Assembly (NCBI RefSeq): GCF_003790525.1
Contig: NZ_CP033635.1
Length of the DNA stretch: 64,000 nucleotides
Strand: one strand, 5' to 3'
DNA from: Escherichia coli
Lineage (GTDB): Bacteria; Pseudomonadota; Gammaproteobacteria; Enterobacterales; Enterobacteriaceae
Made by a program: the position numbers and the translations under genes. Positions 35,357 to 50,127 of the stretch are shown here, in pieces. Under the pieces are notes generated by a model, which was not told the DNA's origin, searched no databases, and saw only the letters and a list, made by a program, of their open reading frames with translations. Positions within the stretch are counted from its first letter, which is position 1; each line of letters begins with the position of its first letter.

Positions 35357-37276
35357 ATGAGTGGCGCTTTTAACAACGATGGTCGGGACATATCTCCCTT
35401 AATTGCAACCTCCTGGGAGCGATGCATTAAGCTGATGAAACGGGAGACATGGAACGTACCACACCAGGCCCAGGGCGTGACATTTGCTTCTATTTATCGG
35501 CGTAAGAAAGCGATGCTGACGCTCGGGCAGGCTGCGCTGGAAGATGCCTGGGAATATATGGCACCGCGAGAGTGTGCGTTGCTTATCCTCGATGAAACCG
35601 CCTGCATTCTCAGCCGTAATGGCGATCCGCAAACCTTGCAGCAGCTAAGTGCACTGGGATTCAATGACGGCACGTATTGCGCCGAGGGAATTATTGGTAC
35701 TTGTGCGCTATCATTAGCGGCTATCTCTGGTCAGGCCGTGAAAACGATGGCCGATCAACATTTCAAACAGGCACTCTGGAACTGGGCCTTTTGTGCAACG
35801 CCGTTGTTTGACAGCAAGGGCCGATTGACGGGAACAATAGCGCTGGCGTGTCCGGTTGAACAAACTACCGCAGCTGATTTGCCGTTGACGTTGGCAATCG
35901 CACGCGAGGTCGGAAATTTACTGCTGACGGACAGTTTGCTCGCTGAAACTAACCGTCATTTAAATCAACTTAATGCCCTGTTAGAAAGTATGGATGATGG
36001 CGTGATTAGCTGGGACGAGCAGGGTAATTTGCAATTTATCAATGCCCAGGCGGCGCGGGTCTTGCGCCTTGACGCGACGGCAAGTCAGGGAAGGGCGATC
36101 ACTGAACTCTTAACGTTACCCGCCGTATTGCAACAAGCAATAAAACAGGCACATCCGCTCAAACACGTAGAAGCAACCTTTGAAAGTCAGCACCAGTTTA
36201 TTGATGCGGTGATAACCCTTAAACCGATAATAGAAACGCAGGGAACCAGCTTTATTTTGTTGCTCCATCCTGTGGAACAGATGCGGCAGTTAATGACCAG
36301 TCAATTAGGAAAAGTCAGCCATACTTTCGCTCATATGCCACAGGACGATCCGCAAACCCGCCGCTTGATTCATTTTGGTCGCCAGGCGGCGCGCAGTAGC
36401 CTTCCTGTCCTGCTTTGTGGAGAAGAGGGCGTGGGCAAGGCACTGCTAAGTCAGGCAATTCATAATGAAAGTGAGCGTGCAGCGGGGCCTTATATCGCCG
36501 TCAATTGTGAGTTATATGGTGATGCGGCGCTGGCGGAAGAATTTATTGGCGGCGATCGCACGGACAATGAAAATGGTCGTCTGAGTCGGCTGGAACTGGC
36601 GCACGGCGGCACGCTGTTTCTTGAAAAGATTGAATATCTGGCGGTGGAGTTACAGTCTGCTTTGCTTCAGGTTATCAAGCAGGGGGTTATCACGCGACTG
36701 GATGCGCGGCGTTTAATACCCATTGATGTCAAAGTGATTGCCACAACGACCGCGGACCTCGCAATGCTGGTGGAACAAAATCGTTTTAGTCGCCAGCTGT
36801 ATTACGCGCTGCATGCATTTGAAATTACCATCCCGCCACTGCGTATGCGGCGTGGCAGCATTCCGGCGCTGGTGAATAACAAATTACGCAGCCTTGAAAA
36901 ACGCTTCTCTACGCGGCTGAAAATTGATGACGATGCCCTCGCTCGCCTGGTTTCTTGTGCATGGCCAGGCAACGATTTTGAACTTTACAGCGTCATCGAG
37001 AATCTTGCTCTGAGTAGTGATAACGGGCGCATTCGCGTCAGTGATTTACCTGAACATCTGTTTACCGAGCAGGCGACAGATGATGTCAGCGCCACTCGCC
37101 TTTCCACCAGTCTGTCATTTGCGGAAGTTGAAAAAGAGGCAATTATTAACGCAGCCCAGGTCACAGGCGGTCGCATTCAGGAAATGTCGGCTTTACTTGG
37201 AATCGGCCGCACTACGCTGTGGCGGAAAATGAAGCAACATGGCATTGATGCAGGGCAGTTTAAGCGCCGTGGATAG
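35357..37276 (+). CDS. dhaR: Transcriptional activator DhaR (GAF-PAS-AAA+ enhancer-binding protein)
   Basis: 639-aa ORF from MSGAFNNDGRDISPL; AAA+ and C-terminal HTH regions. Confidence 0.9.
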   Translation: MSGAFNNDGRDISPLIATSWERCIKLMKRETWNVPHQAQGVTFASIYRRKKAMLTLGQAALEDAWEYMAPRECALLILDETACILSRNGDPQTLQQLSALGFNDGTYCAEGIIGTCALSLAAISGQAVKTMADQHFKQALWNWAFCATPLFDSKGRLTGTIALACPVEQTTAADLPLTLAIAREVGNLLLTDSLLAETNRHLNQLNALLESMDDGVISWDEQGNLQFINAQAARVLRLDATASQGRAITELLTLPAVLQQAIKQAHPLKHVEATFESQHQFIDAVITLKPIIETQGTSFILLLHPVEQMRQLMTSQLGKVSHTFAHMPQDDPQTRRLIHFGRQAARSSLPVLLCGEEGVGKALLSQAIHNESERAAGPYIAVNCELYGDAALAEEFIGGDRTDNENGRLSRLELAHGGTLFLEKIEYLAVELQSALLQVIKQGVITRLDARRLIPIDVKVIATTTADLAMLVEQNRFSRQLYYALHAFEITIPPLRMRRGSIPALVNNKLRSLEKRFSTRLKIDDDALARLVSCAWPGNDFELYSVIENLALSSDNGRIRVSDLPEHLFTEQATDDVSATRLSTSLSFAEVEKEAIINAAQVTGGRIQEMSALLGIGRTTLWRKMKQHGIDAGQFKRRG

Positions 37277-37312
37277 CGGGAGAGTATGTACTTTCCCGCT
37301 ATGAATTGCTAA

Positions 37313-37489
37313 TTAATAGCCACCATGACTGCCGTGATTTGGTCCACCATTTGAAGGTGGCATTGCCTTATCGGAGGGCGCAGGACCACGAGGGCCATCG
37401 CTGTGGCGGTGATGATGGTGGGGAACACAAGCACTCAACAGGCTTGCAAAGACAATTGCTAACAGGCTGAAGGTAAATGTTTTTTTCAT
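37313..37489 (-). CDS. Hypothetical 58-aa lipoprotein with His-rich mature region
   Basis: MKKTFTFSLLAIVFASLLSAC lipoprotein signal (lipobox LSAC) followed by VPHHHHRHSDGPRGPAPSDKAMPPSNGGPNHGSHGGY; weak RBS. Confidence 0.4.
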   Translation of the reverse strand: MKKTFTFSLLAIVFASLLSACVPHHHHRHSDGPRGPAPSDKAMPPSNGGPNHGSHGGY

Positions 37490-37603
37490 GACAAACTCTT
37501 GAACGGTTAATGCACTGTGATTGTTATCACATAAAAGCTGCATTGTTAATATTGTCAGGAGTCTGATTATGAGTTTTGGTAACTCAGAATTGAAAGAAGA
37601 CGC

Positions 37604-37639
37604 GTAGCAGGCGTAAAAAAGCCATTACGTGCAACTCAC
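37604..37639 (-). terminator. Rho-independent terminator downstream of ychF
   Basis: 8-bp stem agccatta/taatggct, followed on the minus strand by a T-run. Confidence 0.6.
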
Positions 37640-37680
37640 ATAATGGCTCGTTATTAACCGCCAGAGTAGTATTAGCGGAA

Positions 37681-38772
37681 TTAGACGTTGAACAGGAAGT
37701 TCATTACATCGCCATCTTTAACGATGTAATCTTTGCCTTCTGCACGCATTTTGCCTGCTTCTTTCGCGCCTTGTTCACCTTTGTAAGTGATGAAATCTTC
37801 AAACGAGATGGTTTGTGCACGGATAAAGCCTTTTTCAAAATCAGTATGGATTTTGCCAGCGGCCTGCGGCGCGGTTGCACCAACCGGAATGGTCCATGCA
37901 CGTACTTCTTTCACCCCAGCGGTGAAGTAAGTTTGCAGGTTCAGCAGCTTATAACCGGCACGGATCACACGGTTCAGGCCCGGCTCTTCCAGCCCAAGCT
38001 CCTGCATAAACTCGTCACGTTCTTCGTCGTCCAGTTCGGCAATGTCTGCTTCAACAGCAGCACAAACCGGAACCACAACAGAACCTTCTTTCGCCGCGAT
38101 TTCACGCACCTGGTCAAGATACGGGTTGTTTTCAAAACCGTCTTCGTTGACGTTGGCGATGTACATTGTTGGTTTCAGCGTCAGGAAGCTCAGGTAACGA
38201 ATAGCCGCTTTCTCTTCAGCGCTTAAATCCAGCGCGCGCAGCATACCTGCGTTTTCCAGCTGGGGCAGGCATTTTTCCAGGACCGCCAGCTCAGCTTTCG
38301 CGTCTTTATCGCCACCTTTGGCTTTCTTCTGTACGCGATGAATCGCACGTTCACAGGTGTCGAGATCCGCCAGCGCCAGTTCGGTGTTGATAACTTCAAT
38401 ATCATCCGCCGGGTTAACTTTGCCGGAAACGTGAATGATGTTGTCATTTTCAAAGCAGCGAACAACGTGACCGATCGCTTCGGTTTCACGGATGTTGGTC
38501 AGGAACTGGTTACCCAGACCTTCGCCTTTCGATGCGCCTTTTACCAGACCGGCGATATCGACAAATTCCATGGTCGTGGGAAGCGTACGCTGCGGTTTTA
38601 CGATTTCAGCCAGTTGATCCAGGCGAGGGTCAGGCATTGGTACGACGCCTGTGTTCGGCTCAATGGTACAGAATGGAAAGTTGGCCGCTTCAATACCGGC
38701 TTTGGTCAGCGCGTTGAACAGGGTAGATTTCCCGACGTTGGGCAAACCGACGATACCGCATTTGAATCCCAT
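37681..38772 (-). CDS. ychF: Ribosome-binding ATPase YchF (Obg-family)
   Basis: 363-aa ORF with G1 motif GLPNVGKST. Confidence 0.95.
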
Positions 38773-38888
38773 GATTTAAATCACCTTAATATCTTAATAA
38801 TCAACCTGTTATTGCTAACAGATTGCAGAAATGGAAATAACTTTGCCTATTATACACGGCACTCGGCAAAAATGCCGCAGACAACGAC

Positions 38889-39473
38889 TTATTGCGCTTT
38901 AAAGGCGTGCAATCGGTTCGTTGCTTTGGTCAAGCCATCTGTAAACCACATTTCAGTACAACGTGCCGCTTCGTCGATGGCTTCATCAATTAACTTCTGT
39001 TCACTAACAGGCGGTTTGCCTAACACAAAACCGACAACTTTATTTTTATCGCCTGGATGACCAATTCCGATGCGTAAACGGTGAAAGTTAGGGTTATTAC
39101 CCAATTTACTGATGATGTCTTTCAGTCCATTGTGACCACCATGGCCACCGCCCAACTTAAATTTGGCGACGCCAGGAGGCAGATCCAGTTCGTCGTGGGC
39201 CACCAGAATTTCGTCCGGATTAATACGGAAAAAACTGGCCATCGCCGCAACGGCTTTGCCGCTGAGATTCATAAATGTAGTCGGGACTAACAGGCGGACA
39301 TCTTCGCCTCCAAGGGTGACTCGCGAAGTATAACCAAAGAATTTAGCCTCTTCGCGCAGCGGAGCGCGCAATCGCTCTGCCAGTAAGTCAACGAACCAGG
39401 CACCAGCATTATGTCGCGTTGCGGCGTATTCAGCGCCGGGGTTCGCCAGGCCGACAATCAATTTAATCGTCAC
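38889..39473 (-). CDS. pth: Peptidyl-tRNA hydrolase
   Basis: 194-aa [27 protein letters not shown]... Confidence 0.95.
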
Positions 39474-39750
39474 GTTTTTTTGTCCTGAGTGTGTACATAA
39501 CTGGCGCGTAGTTTACTGGTTGCGGCCCCGCTTGACAAAAAACTGCGTATCAAATGCAGATAACGCAATAATTGCCTGAGTGGACTATTAGAAAGCCAAG
39601 GTGTTCAGGCGTTTATTTGTAAAGTTTTGTTGAAATAAGGGTTGTAATTGTGATCACGCCCGCACATAACCCACAGGGTGTTGTCTATACTTTACACATA
39701 AGGAAGAGGGGTATTCCCTGTTACAACCCAGAAAGTTCCGGAGGTGACAT

Positions 39751-40029
39751 ATGAAACGCAAAAACGCTTCGTTACTCGGTAACGTGCTCATGGGGTTGGG
39801 TCTGGTGGTAATGGTGGTCGGTGTGGGGTATTCAATCCTCAACCAGTTACCACAGTTTAATATGCCCCAGTATTTCGCACATGGTGCAGTGCTAAGTATT
39901 TTCGTCGGTGCCATTCTCTGGCTGGCGGGTGCCCGTGTTGGCGGGCATGAACAGGTGTGCGACCGTTACTGGTGGGTTCGCCACTATGACAAACGTTGCC
40001 GCCGTAGCGATAATCGCCGTCATAGCTAA
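39751..40029 (+). CDS. ychH: Small inner membrane protein YchH
   Basis: 92-aa ORF with two hydrophobic segments; synteny. Confidence 0.8.
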   Translation: MKRKNASLLGNVLMGLGLVVMVVGVGYSILNQLPQFNMPQYFAHGAVLSIFVGAILWLAGARVGGHEQVCDRYWWVRHYDKRCRRSDNRRHS

Positions 40030-40083
40030 CAAATACTGCAGTTTACTGACCAGTCAGTTTGCTCTGACTGGTCAATCTCGTAC

Positions 40084-41763
40084 TTATAAATCCGCCATCG
40101 CCGCGCGACGATTCGGGAAGAAAGCAAGGCGGCCCGGGATCGGTTGAATGCCTGCGCGAGCCATCGTGCGCAGTGGCTGGAATTCCACGTTGCACACGCG
40201 CAGTTCACATCCTTCGGGTAGACGCTTCACAAAACGCTGGAACGCATCAAGACCACCAGCATCAAGTACCGGAACGGCATCCCACTTCAGAATCACAATC
40301 CGTTTGCCTTCAAGACGTGACTCCAGGTCTGTGAATAAGCCTTCAGCAGCAGCAAAAAACAGCGGGCCAATAACGCGCAGTACCAGGACATCGTCTGGAA
40401 CATCTACGACTACCGGTGCCAGGCGAGTCATACGTGCGATACGACGCATAAACAGCAGCGATGCCAGCACGATCCCCACGCTGATGGCAATAACCATATC
40501 AAACAGCACGGTCAGCGACATGCACAACAGCATGACAATGATGTCATCTTTCGGTGCATGACGCAGCAAGTCGACCACTTTGTGCGCTTCACTCATGTTC
40601 CACGCCACCATCAACAGCAGGGCTGCCATGGCGGAAAGCGGCAGCCAGGAGAGCAGCGGTGCCAGTACCAGCAGGGCAAGAATAACCAGAATAGAGTGGA
40701 TCACCGCCGAGATAGGGGAAGTTGCCCCGGCACGGACGTTAGCGGCAGAACGCGCGATGGCAGCTGTAGCGGTAATGCCACCAAAGAACGGAGCGATAAT
40801 ATTCCCCAGTCCCTGTCCAACCAGTTCGCTGTTCGCTTTGTGTTTCGTTCCGGTCATACCATCCAGTACCACGGCGCAGAGCAGAGATTCGATTGCGCCG
40901 AGCATTGCCATTGAGAATGCCGCAGGCAGCAGTGTGCGAATAGAATCCCAGGTTAGCGTGAATTCTGAATCAGGCAGATCCCACGGCAGCACAAGTTGCG
41001 GCAGCAGTTGCGGAATACCGTTACCCTGAGAACCATCGGCCAGGACGTAGTGGAATTGCGAACCGATGGTAGCAACATGTCCGCCGAGCAGATTAACAAT
41101 CCCCATCACCGCGCAACCAGCCAGCAAGGCCGGAAGATGACCGGGTAAACGAATGCCCAGACGCGGCCAGAAAACCAGAATACCAAGCGTCACAATGCCA
41201 ATGGCTGCATCACCCACATTAATGGTCGGCAGCGCCATAAATAATGCGCCGACTTTTTGTAGATAATGTTCCGGGACATGGGCCATTTGCAGACCGAGAA
41301 AATCTTTAATCTGCATGGTACCGATGGTGATCCCGATACCCGAGGTGAAACCTAAGGTGACGGAAACCGGAATATACTCAATCAGGCGCCCAAAGCGTGC
41401 CAGCCCCATCAGAATCAAAAAGATCCCCGACAGCAAGGTCGCAACCAGCAGTCCTGCCAGTCCAAACTGTTGCGAAACGGGATAGAGAATTACCACAAAT
41501 GCCGCAGTCGGACCGGAAACGCTAAAGCGTGACCCCCCCGTCAGAGCAATGACAATCCCCGCAACAGCTGCGGTATATAAACCGTACTGGGGTGCCACAC
41601 CACTACCAATAGCCAACGCCATCGCCAGCGGGATAGCAATAATCCCGACGGTTATCCCGGCAATCAGGTCACGGGTAAACCGTGCGGCAGTATATTTTTC
41701 TTTCCAGCAAGCGTCGATCAGAGCGCGGAAAGGCATCACATGTGAGGAAAATATTTTGTTCAC
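40084..41763 (-). CDS. dauA: SulP-family C4-dicarboxylate transporter DauA (YchM) with STAS domain
   Basis: 559-aa membrane transporter with C-terminal STAS-like region. Confidence 0.9.
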   Translation of the reverse strand: MNKIFSSHVMPFRALIDACWKEKYTAARFTRDLIAGITVGIIAIPLAMALAIGSGVAPQYGLYTAAVAGIVIALTGGSRFSVSGPTAAFVVILYPVSQQFGLAGLLVATLLSGIFLILMGLARFGRLIEYIPVSVTLGFTSGIGITIGTMQIKDFLGLQMAHVPEHYLQKVGALFMALPTINVGDAAIGIVTLGILVFWPRLGIRLPGHLPALLAGCAVMGIVNLLGGHVATIGSQFHYVLADGSQGNGIPQLLPQLVLPWDLPDSEFTLTWDSIRTLLPAAFSMAMLGAIESLLCAVVLDGMTGTKHKANSELVGQGLGNIIAPFFGGITATAAIARSAANVRAGATSPISAVIHSILVILALLVLAPLLSWLPLSAMAALLLMVAWNMSEAHKVVDLLRHAPKDDIIVMLLCMSLTVLFDMVIAISVGIVLASLLFMRRIARMTRLAPVVVDVPDDVLVLRVIGPLFFAAAEGLFTDLESRLEGKRIVILKWDAVPVLDAGGLDAFQRFVKRLPEGCELRVCNVEFQPLRTMARAGIQPIPGRLAFFPNRRAAMADL

Positions 41764-41887
41764 AATAATGTTTCATCCGTGAGCGCATCATCTGTCAACT
41801 AAATGGCAGGTGAAGGAGGCATAGGTCATACAAATGGATATTACAGACAAAAAAACCCGCCGCAGCGGGTCTTTGAGCCGGGTTCGA

Positions 41888-42961
<1,074 letters not shown>

Positions 42962-42985
42962 TCACCGAAACTCAGCTTGCCCGGC

Positions 42986-43836
42986 TTAAAGCATGGCTCT
43001 GTGCAATGGGGAAAGATTAACGCCTTTCGCCACAAAGCCATTGAGCCATTCCGGGGCTTGCTCTAGCACCTGGCGGGCTTCAGACTCTGTATCAAATTCA
43101 GCAAAGACACAGGCCCCTGTCCCAGTCAGGCGCGACGGGGCGTATTCTAACAGCCAGGAAAGCACCGCATCAACCTCGCGAAAACGTTTTCTTGCGATAA
43201 CCTCGCAATCATTGCTGAATTCACATTTTAGCAACGTTTCTATTGACCTTTTTGGCGTATTGCGCGGGAGTTCAGGATCTTTAAAAATCACCGGTGTCGG
43301 AATACTTACACCAGGGTGCGCCACCAGATACCACTTCTCTGGCGGATCCACCGGCGTTAGTATTTCACCAACGCCTTCGGCAAACGCGGCATGCCCCCGA
43401 ACAAAGACAGGAACATCTGCGCCCAGCGTCAGTCCCATTTCCGCCAGCTCATCCATGCTTAGCCCGCATTGCCAGAGATGATTTAATGCCACCAGGACCG
43501 TCGCGGCATTGGATGAACCACCGCCGAGACCGCCGCCCATCGGCAAACGCTTGTCAATGCTGATATTCGCACCGCTTCCCGTCGGAAGACGCCCGCTGTC
43601 TGCCGCAGTTTTCATCAATAACCGCGCTGCGCGAACGATCAGGTTATCTTCATGTTCCACGCCTTCAACGGGCGTTAACAGACGAATATCCCCATCGTCA
43701 CGAAGCTCAATGTTGATGGTGTCGCCGTAATCAAGAAACTGAAACAGCGTTTGCAGCGTGTGGTAACCATCCGCACGCTGACCGGTAATGTATAAAAACA
43801 GATTAAGTTTTGCCGGAGAGGGCCACTGTGTCCGCA

Positions 43837-43837
<1 letters not shown>
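42986..43837 (-). CDS. ispE: 4-diphosphocytidyl-2-C-methyl-D-erythritol kinase
   Basis: 283-aa GHMP kinase ([14 protein letters not shown]). Confidence 0.95.
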
Positions 43838-44529
<692 letters not shown>

Positions 44530-44673
44530 CTATGTTCACGTTGTCTTAATTGCCAGAATCTAACGGCTTTCGGCAATTACTCCAAAAGGGGGCGCTCTCT
44601 TTTATTGATCTTACGCATCCTGTATGATGCAAGCAGACTAACCCTATCAACGTTGGTATTATTTCCCGCAGAC

Positions 44674-45930
44674 ATGACCCTTTTAGCACTCGGTATCAAC
44701 CATAAAACGGCACCTGTATCGCTGCGAGAACGTGTATCGTTTTCGCCGGATAAGCTCGATCAGGCGCTTGACAGCCTGCTTGCGCAGCCGATGGTGCAGG
44801 GCGGTGTGGTGCTGTCGACGTGTAACCGCACAGAACTTTATCTCAGCGTTGAAGAACGGGATGACCTGCAAGAGGCGCTCATTCGCTGGTTGTGTGATTA
44901 CCATAATCTCAACGAAGACGATCTGCGTAATAGCCTCTACTGGCATCAGGATAACGATGCGGTCAGTCATTTAATGCGCGTTGCCAGTGGGCTTGATTCT
45001 CTCGTCCTTGGCGAGCCGCAGATCCTCGGTCAGGTTAAAAAAGCGTTTGCCGATTCGCAAAAAGGTCATATGAAGGCCAGCGAACTGGAACGCATGTTTC
45101 AGAAATCTTTCTCTGTAGCGAAACGCGTTCGCACTGAAACAGATATCGGTGCCAGTGCTGTGTCTGTCGCTTTTGCGGCTTGTACGCTGGCGCGGCAGAT
45201 CTTTGAATCGCTCTCTACGGTGACGGTACTGCTGGTGGGTGCGGGCGAAACCATCGAGCTGGTGGCGCGTCATCTGCGTGAACACAAAGTACAGAAGATG
45301 ATTATCGCCAACCGCACTCGCGAACGTGCCCAAATTCTGGCAGATGAAGTCGGCGCGGAAGTGATTGCCCTGAGCGATATCGACGAGCGTCTGCGCGAAG
45401 CCGATATCATCATCAGTTCCACCGCCAGCCCGTTACCGATTATCGGTAAAGGCATGGTGGAGCGGGCATTAAAAAGCCGTCGCAACCAACCAATGCTGTT
45501 GGTGGATATTGCCGTTCCGCGCGATGTTGAGCCGGAAGTTGGCAAACTGGCGAATGCTTATCTTTACAGCGTTGATGATCTGCAAAGCATCATTTCGCAC
45601 AACCTGGCGCAGCGTAAAGCCGCAGCGGTTGAGGCGGAAACTATTGTCGCTCAGGAAACCAGCGAATTTATGGCGTGGCTGCGCGCACAAAGCGCCAGCG
45701 AGACCATTCGCGAGTATCGCAGCCAGGCAGAGCACGTTCGCGATGAGTTAACCGCCAAAGCGTTAGCGGCCCTTGAGCAGGGCGGCGACGCTCAAGCCAT
45801 TATGCAGGATCTGGCATGGAAACTGACTAACCGCCTGATCCATGCGCCAACGAAATCACTTCAACAGGCCGCCCGTGACGGGGATAACGAACGCCTGAAT
45901 ATTCTGCGCGACAGCCTCGGGCTGGAGTAG
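44674..45930 (+). CDS. hemA: Glutamyl-tRNA reductase
   Basis: 418-aa ORF from [15 protein letters not shown]; ORF-track 5' extension rejected. Confidence 0.95.
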
Positions 45931-45971
45931 CAGTACATCATTTTCCTTTTTTACAGGGTGCATTTACGCCT

Positions 45972-47054
45972 ATGAAGCCTTCTATCGTTGCCAAACTGGA
46001 AGCCCTGCATGAACGCCATGAAGAAGTTCAGGCGTTGCTGGGTGACGCGCAAACTATCGCCGACCAGGAACGTTTTCGCGCATTATCACGCGAATATGCG
46101 CAGTTAAGTGATGTTTCGCGCTGTTTTACCGACTGGCAACAGGTTCAGGAAGATATCGAAACCGCACAGATGATGCTCGACGATCCTGAAATGCGTGAGA
46201 TGGCGCAGGATGAACTGCGCGAAGCTAAAGAAAAAAGCGAGCAACTGGAACAGCAATTACAGGTTCTGTTACTACCAAAAGATCCTGATGACGAACGTAA
46301 CGCCTTCCTCGAAGTCCGTGCCGGAACCGGCGGCGACGAAGCGGCGCTGTTCGCTGGCGATCTGTTCCGTATGTACAGCCGTTACGCCGAAGCCCGCCGC
46401 TGGCGTGTAGAAATCATGAGCGCCAGCGAGGGTGAACATGGTGGTTATAAAGAGATCATCGCCAAAATTAGCGGTGATGGTGTATATGGTCGTTTGAAAT
46501 TCGAATCTGGCGGTCATCGCGTGCAGCGTGTTCCTGCTACGGAATCGCAGGGTCGTATTCATACTTCTGCTTGTACCGTTGCGGTAATGCCAGAACTGCC
46601 TGACGCAGAACTGCCGGACATCAACCCAGCAGATTTGCGCATTGATACTTTCCGCTCGTCAGGGGCGGGGGGGCAGCACGTTAACACCACCGATTCGGCA
46701 ATTCGTATTACTCACTTGCCGACCGGAATTGTTGTTGAATGTCAGGACGAACGTTCACAACATAAAAACAAAGCTAAAGCACTTTCTGTACTCGGTGCTC
46801 GTATCCACGCTGCTGAAATGGCAAAACGGCAACAGGCCGAAGCGTCTACCCGTCGTAACCTGCTGGGGAGTGGCGATCGCAGCGACCGTAACCGTACTTA
46901 CAACTTCCCGCAGGGGCGCGTTACCGATCACCGCATCAACCTGACGCTCTACCGCCTGGATGAAGTGATGGAAGGTAAGCTGGATATGCTAATTGAACCG
47001 ATTATCCAGGAACATCAGGCCGACCAACTGGCGGCGTTGTCCGAGCAGGAATAA
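45972..47054 (+). CDS. prfA: Peptide chain release factor 1
   Basis: 360-aa ORF with GGQ motif (SGAGGQHVN) and PAT-type tripeptide region. Confidence 0.95.
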
Positions 47055-47887
47055 TGGAATATCAACACTGGTTACGTGAAGCAATAAGCCAACTTCAGGC
47101 GAGCGAAAGCCCGCGGCGTGATGCTGAAATCCTGCTGGCGCATGTTACCGGCAAAGGGCGTACTTTTATTCTCGCCTTTGGTGAAACGCAGCTGACTGAC
47201 GAACAATGTCAGCAACTTGATGCGCTACTGACGCGTCGTCGCGATGGTGAACCTATTGCTCATTTAACCGGGGTGCGAGAATTCTGGTCGCTGCCGTTAT
47301 TTGTTTCGCCAGCGACCTTAATTCCGCGCCCGGATACGGAGTGTCTGGTGGAGCAGGCACTGGCGCGGTTGCCTGAACAGCCTTGCCGTATTCTCGATCT
47401 CGGGACGGGTACCGGGGCGATTGCGCTGGCGCTGGCTAGCGAGCGCCCGGACTGCGAAATTACCGCTGTAGATTGTATGCCTGATGCTGTCTCTCTGGCG
47501 CAACGTAATGCCCAGAATCTGGCGATCAAAAATATCCACATTCTGCAAAGTGACTGGTTTAGCGCGCTAGCCGGGCAGCAGTTTGCGATGATTGTCAGCA
47601 ATCCGCCGTATATTGACGAGCAGGACCCACATCTTCAACAAGGCGATGTCCGCTTTGAGCCGCTCACTGCACTGGTTGCGGCTGACAGTGGAATGGCCGA
47701 CATCGTGCATATCATCGAACAGTCGCGTAACGCGCTGGTATCCGGCGGCTTTCTGCTTCTGGAACATGGCTGGCAGCAGGGCGAAGCGGTGCGACAGGCA
47801 TTTATCCACGCGGGATATCATGACGTCGAAACCTGTCGGGACTATGGTGATAACGAGCGCGTAACGCTCGGCCGCTATTATCAATGA
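47054..47887 (+). CDS. prmC: Release factor glutamine N5-methyltransferase PrmC (HemK)
   Basis: 277-aa ORF with NPPY motif; start overlaps prfA stop. Confidence 0.95.
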   Translation: MEYQHWLREAISQLQASESPRRDAEILLAHVTGKGRTFILAFGETQLTDEQCQQLDALLTRRRDGEPIAHLTGVREFWSLPLFVSPATLIPRPDTECLVEQALARLPEQPCRILDLGTGTGAIALALASERPDCEITAVDCMPDAVSLAQRNAQNLAIKNIHILQSDWFSALAGQQFAMIVSNPPYIDEQDPHLQQGDVRFEPLTALVAADSGMADIVHIIEQSRNALVSGGFLLLEHGWQQGEAVRQAFIHAGYHDVETCRDYGDNERVTLGRYYQ

Positions 47888-48276
47888 CAAGTTTTTCTAC
47901 ACTGCTTAGCGTTCATCTCATTAGCATTGCGCTTTCTGTAGGGCTATTAACCTTACGTTTCTGGCTACGTTATCAGAAACATCCACAGGCTTTTGCTCGT
48001 TGGACGCGCATTGTGCCGCCGGTTGTCGATACGCTGTTATTGTTAAGCGGCATTGCGTTGATGGCTAAAGCGCACATCCTGCCATTTTCCGGGCAGGCAC
48101 AGTGGCTGACTGAAAAGCTGTTTGGAGTTATCATTTATATCGTTTTGGGTTTTATTGCACTCGATTATCGTCGTATGCACAGTCAGCAGGCGCGCATTAT
48201 TGCCTTCCCGCTGGCGTTGGTGGTGCTGTACATCATCATTAAACTCGCCACCACAAAAGTACCGTTACTGGGGTAA
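47884..48276 (+). CDS. ychQ: SirB2-family inner membrane protein YchQ
   Basis: 130-aa membrane ORF; overlaps prmC stop by 4 nt. Confidence 0.8.
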   Translation: MTSFSTLLSVHLISIALSVGLLTLRFWLRYQKHPQAFARWTRIVPPVVDTLLLLSGIALMAKAHILPFSGQAQWLTEKLFGVIIYIVLGFIALDYRRMHSQQARIIAFPLALVVLYIIIKLATTKVPLLG

Positions 48277-48279
48277 GTC

Positions 48280-49089
48280 ATGAGATCGTTAGCTGATTTC
48301 GAATTTAATAAAGCGCCATTGTGCGAAGGCATGATCCTGGCTTGCGAAGCAATCCGCCGCGATTTTCCCTCGCAAGATGTTTACGACGAACTGGAGCGTC
48401 TCGTTAGTCTGGCGAAGGAAGAAATCAGCCAGCTTCTGCCTTTAGAAGAACAGCTGGAAAAACTGATCGCGCTGTTTTACGGCGACTGGGGATTTAAAGC
48501 CTCACGCGGCGTTTATCGTCTTTCCGATGCATTATGGCTGGACCAGGTGTTAAAGAATCGACAGGGCAGTGCGGTATCATTAGGTGCCGTTTTATTATGG
48601 GTCGCGAATCGTCTCGATTTGCCGCTGCTGCCGGTGATTTTCCCTACGCAGCTGATATTGCGCATTGAATGTCCGGATGGCGAAATTTGGCTGATTAATC
48701 CTTTTAACGGTGAATCGTTAAGTGAACATATGCTGGATGTGTGGTTAAAGGGAAATATCAGCCCGTCGGCGGAACTGTTTTATGAAGACCTTGATGAAGC
48801 TGATAACATTGAGGTAATCCGCAAATTGCTGGATACACTCAAAGCCTCGTTGATGGAAGAAAATCAGATGGAGCTGGCGCTACGTACCAGCGAAGCTTTA
48901 TTACAATTTAACCCGGAAGATCCCTATGAAATTCGCGATCGCGGGTTGATTTATGCGCAACTGGATTGCGAACACGTTGCGTTGAACGATTTAAGTTATT
49001 TCGTTGAACAGTGTCCGGAAGACCCGATCAGCGAAATGATCCGTGCGCAAATAAATAACATCGCGCATAAACATATTGTGCTGCATTAA
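48280..49089 (+). CDS. ychA: SirB1-family transglutaminase-like/TPR protein YchA
   Basis: 269-aa ORF; synteny. Confidence 0.8.
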   Translation: MRSLADFEFNKAPLCEGMILACEAIRRDFPSQDVYDELERLVSLAKEEISQLLPLEEQLEKLIALFYGDWGFKASRGVYRLSDALWLDQVLKNRQGSAVSLGAVLLWVANRLDLPLLPVIFPTQLILRIECPDGEIWLINPFNGESLSEHMLDVWLKGNISPSAELFYEDLDEADNIEVIRKLLDTLKASLMEENQMELALRTSEALLQFNPEDPYEIRDRGLIYAQLDCEHVALNDLSYFVEQCPEDPISEMIRAQINNIAHKHIVLH

Positions 49090-49115
49090 TTAATCGACAT
49101 TTTACTCAAGATTAA

Positions 49116-49979
<864 letters not shown>

Positions 49980-50000
49980 TCTTTTTTGCTTGAAAAATAA

Positions 50001-50031
50001 AGTCTTAGCGTTCTGCGTTAAGACTTTTTTC
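50001..50031 (+). terminator. Rho-independent terminator of kdsA
   Basis: 10-bp stem (one G-U pair), 5-nt loop, then TTTTT. Confidence 0.7.
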
Positions 50032-50044
50032 ATGGGTGCCGGAT

Positions 50045-50078
50045 ACAAAAAAGGCCGCAGGCTATTACCTCTGCGGCC
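50045..50078 (-). terminator. Rho-independent terminator of ldr copy 1
   Basis: Stem ggccgcag/ctgcggcc followed on the minus strand by a T-run. Confidence 0.65.
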
Positions 50079-50127
50079 GGTTTCGGGCGCATATTGCCAT
50101 CACGGCAGCCTGACGCCCGTTTTCACC

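Noticed and set aside
37559-37600. 12-aa ORF MSFGNSELKEDA between the small lipoprotein ORF and the ychF terminator
   Set aside because: Too short and without RBS or conservation evidence to call
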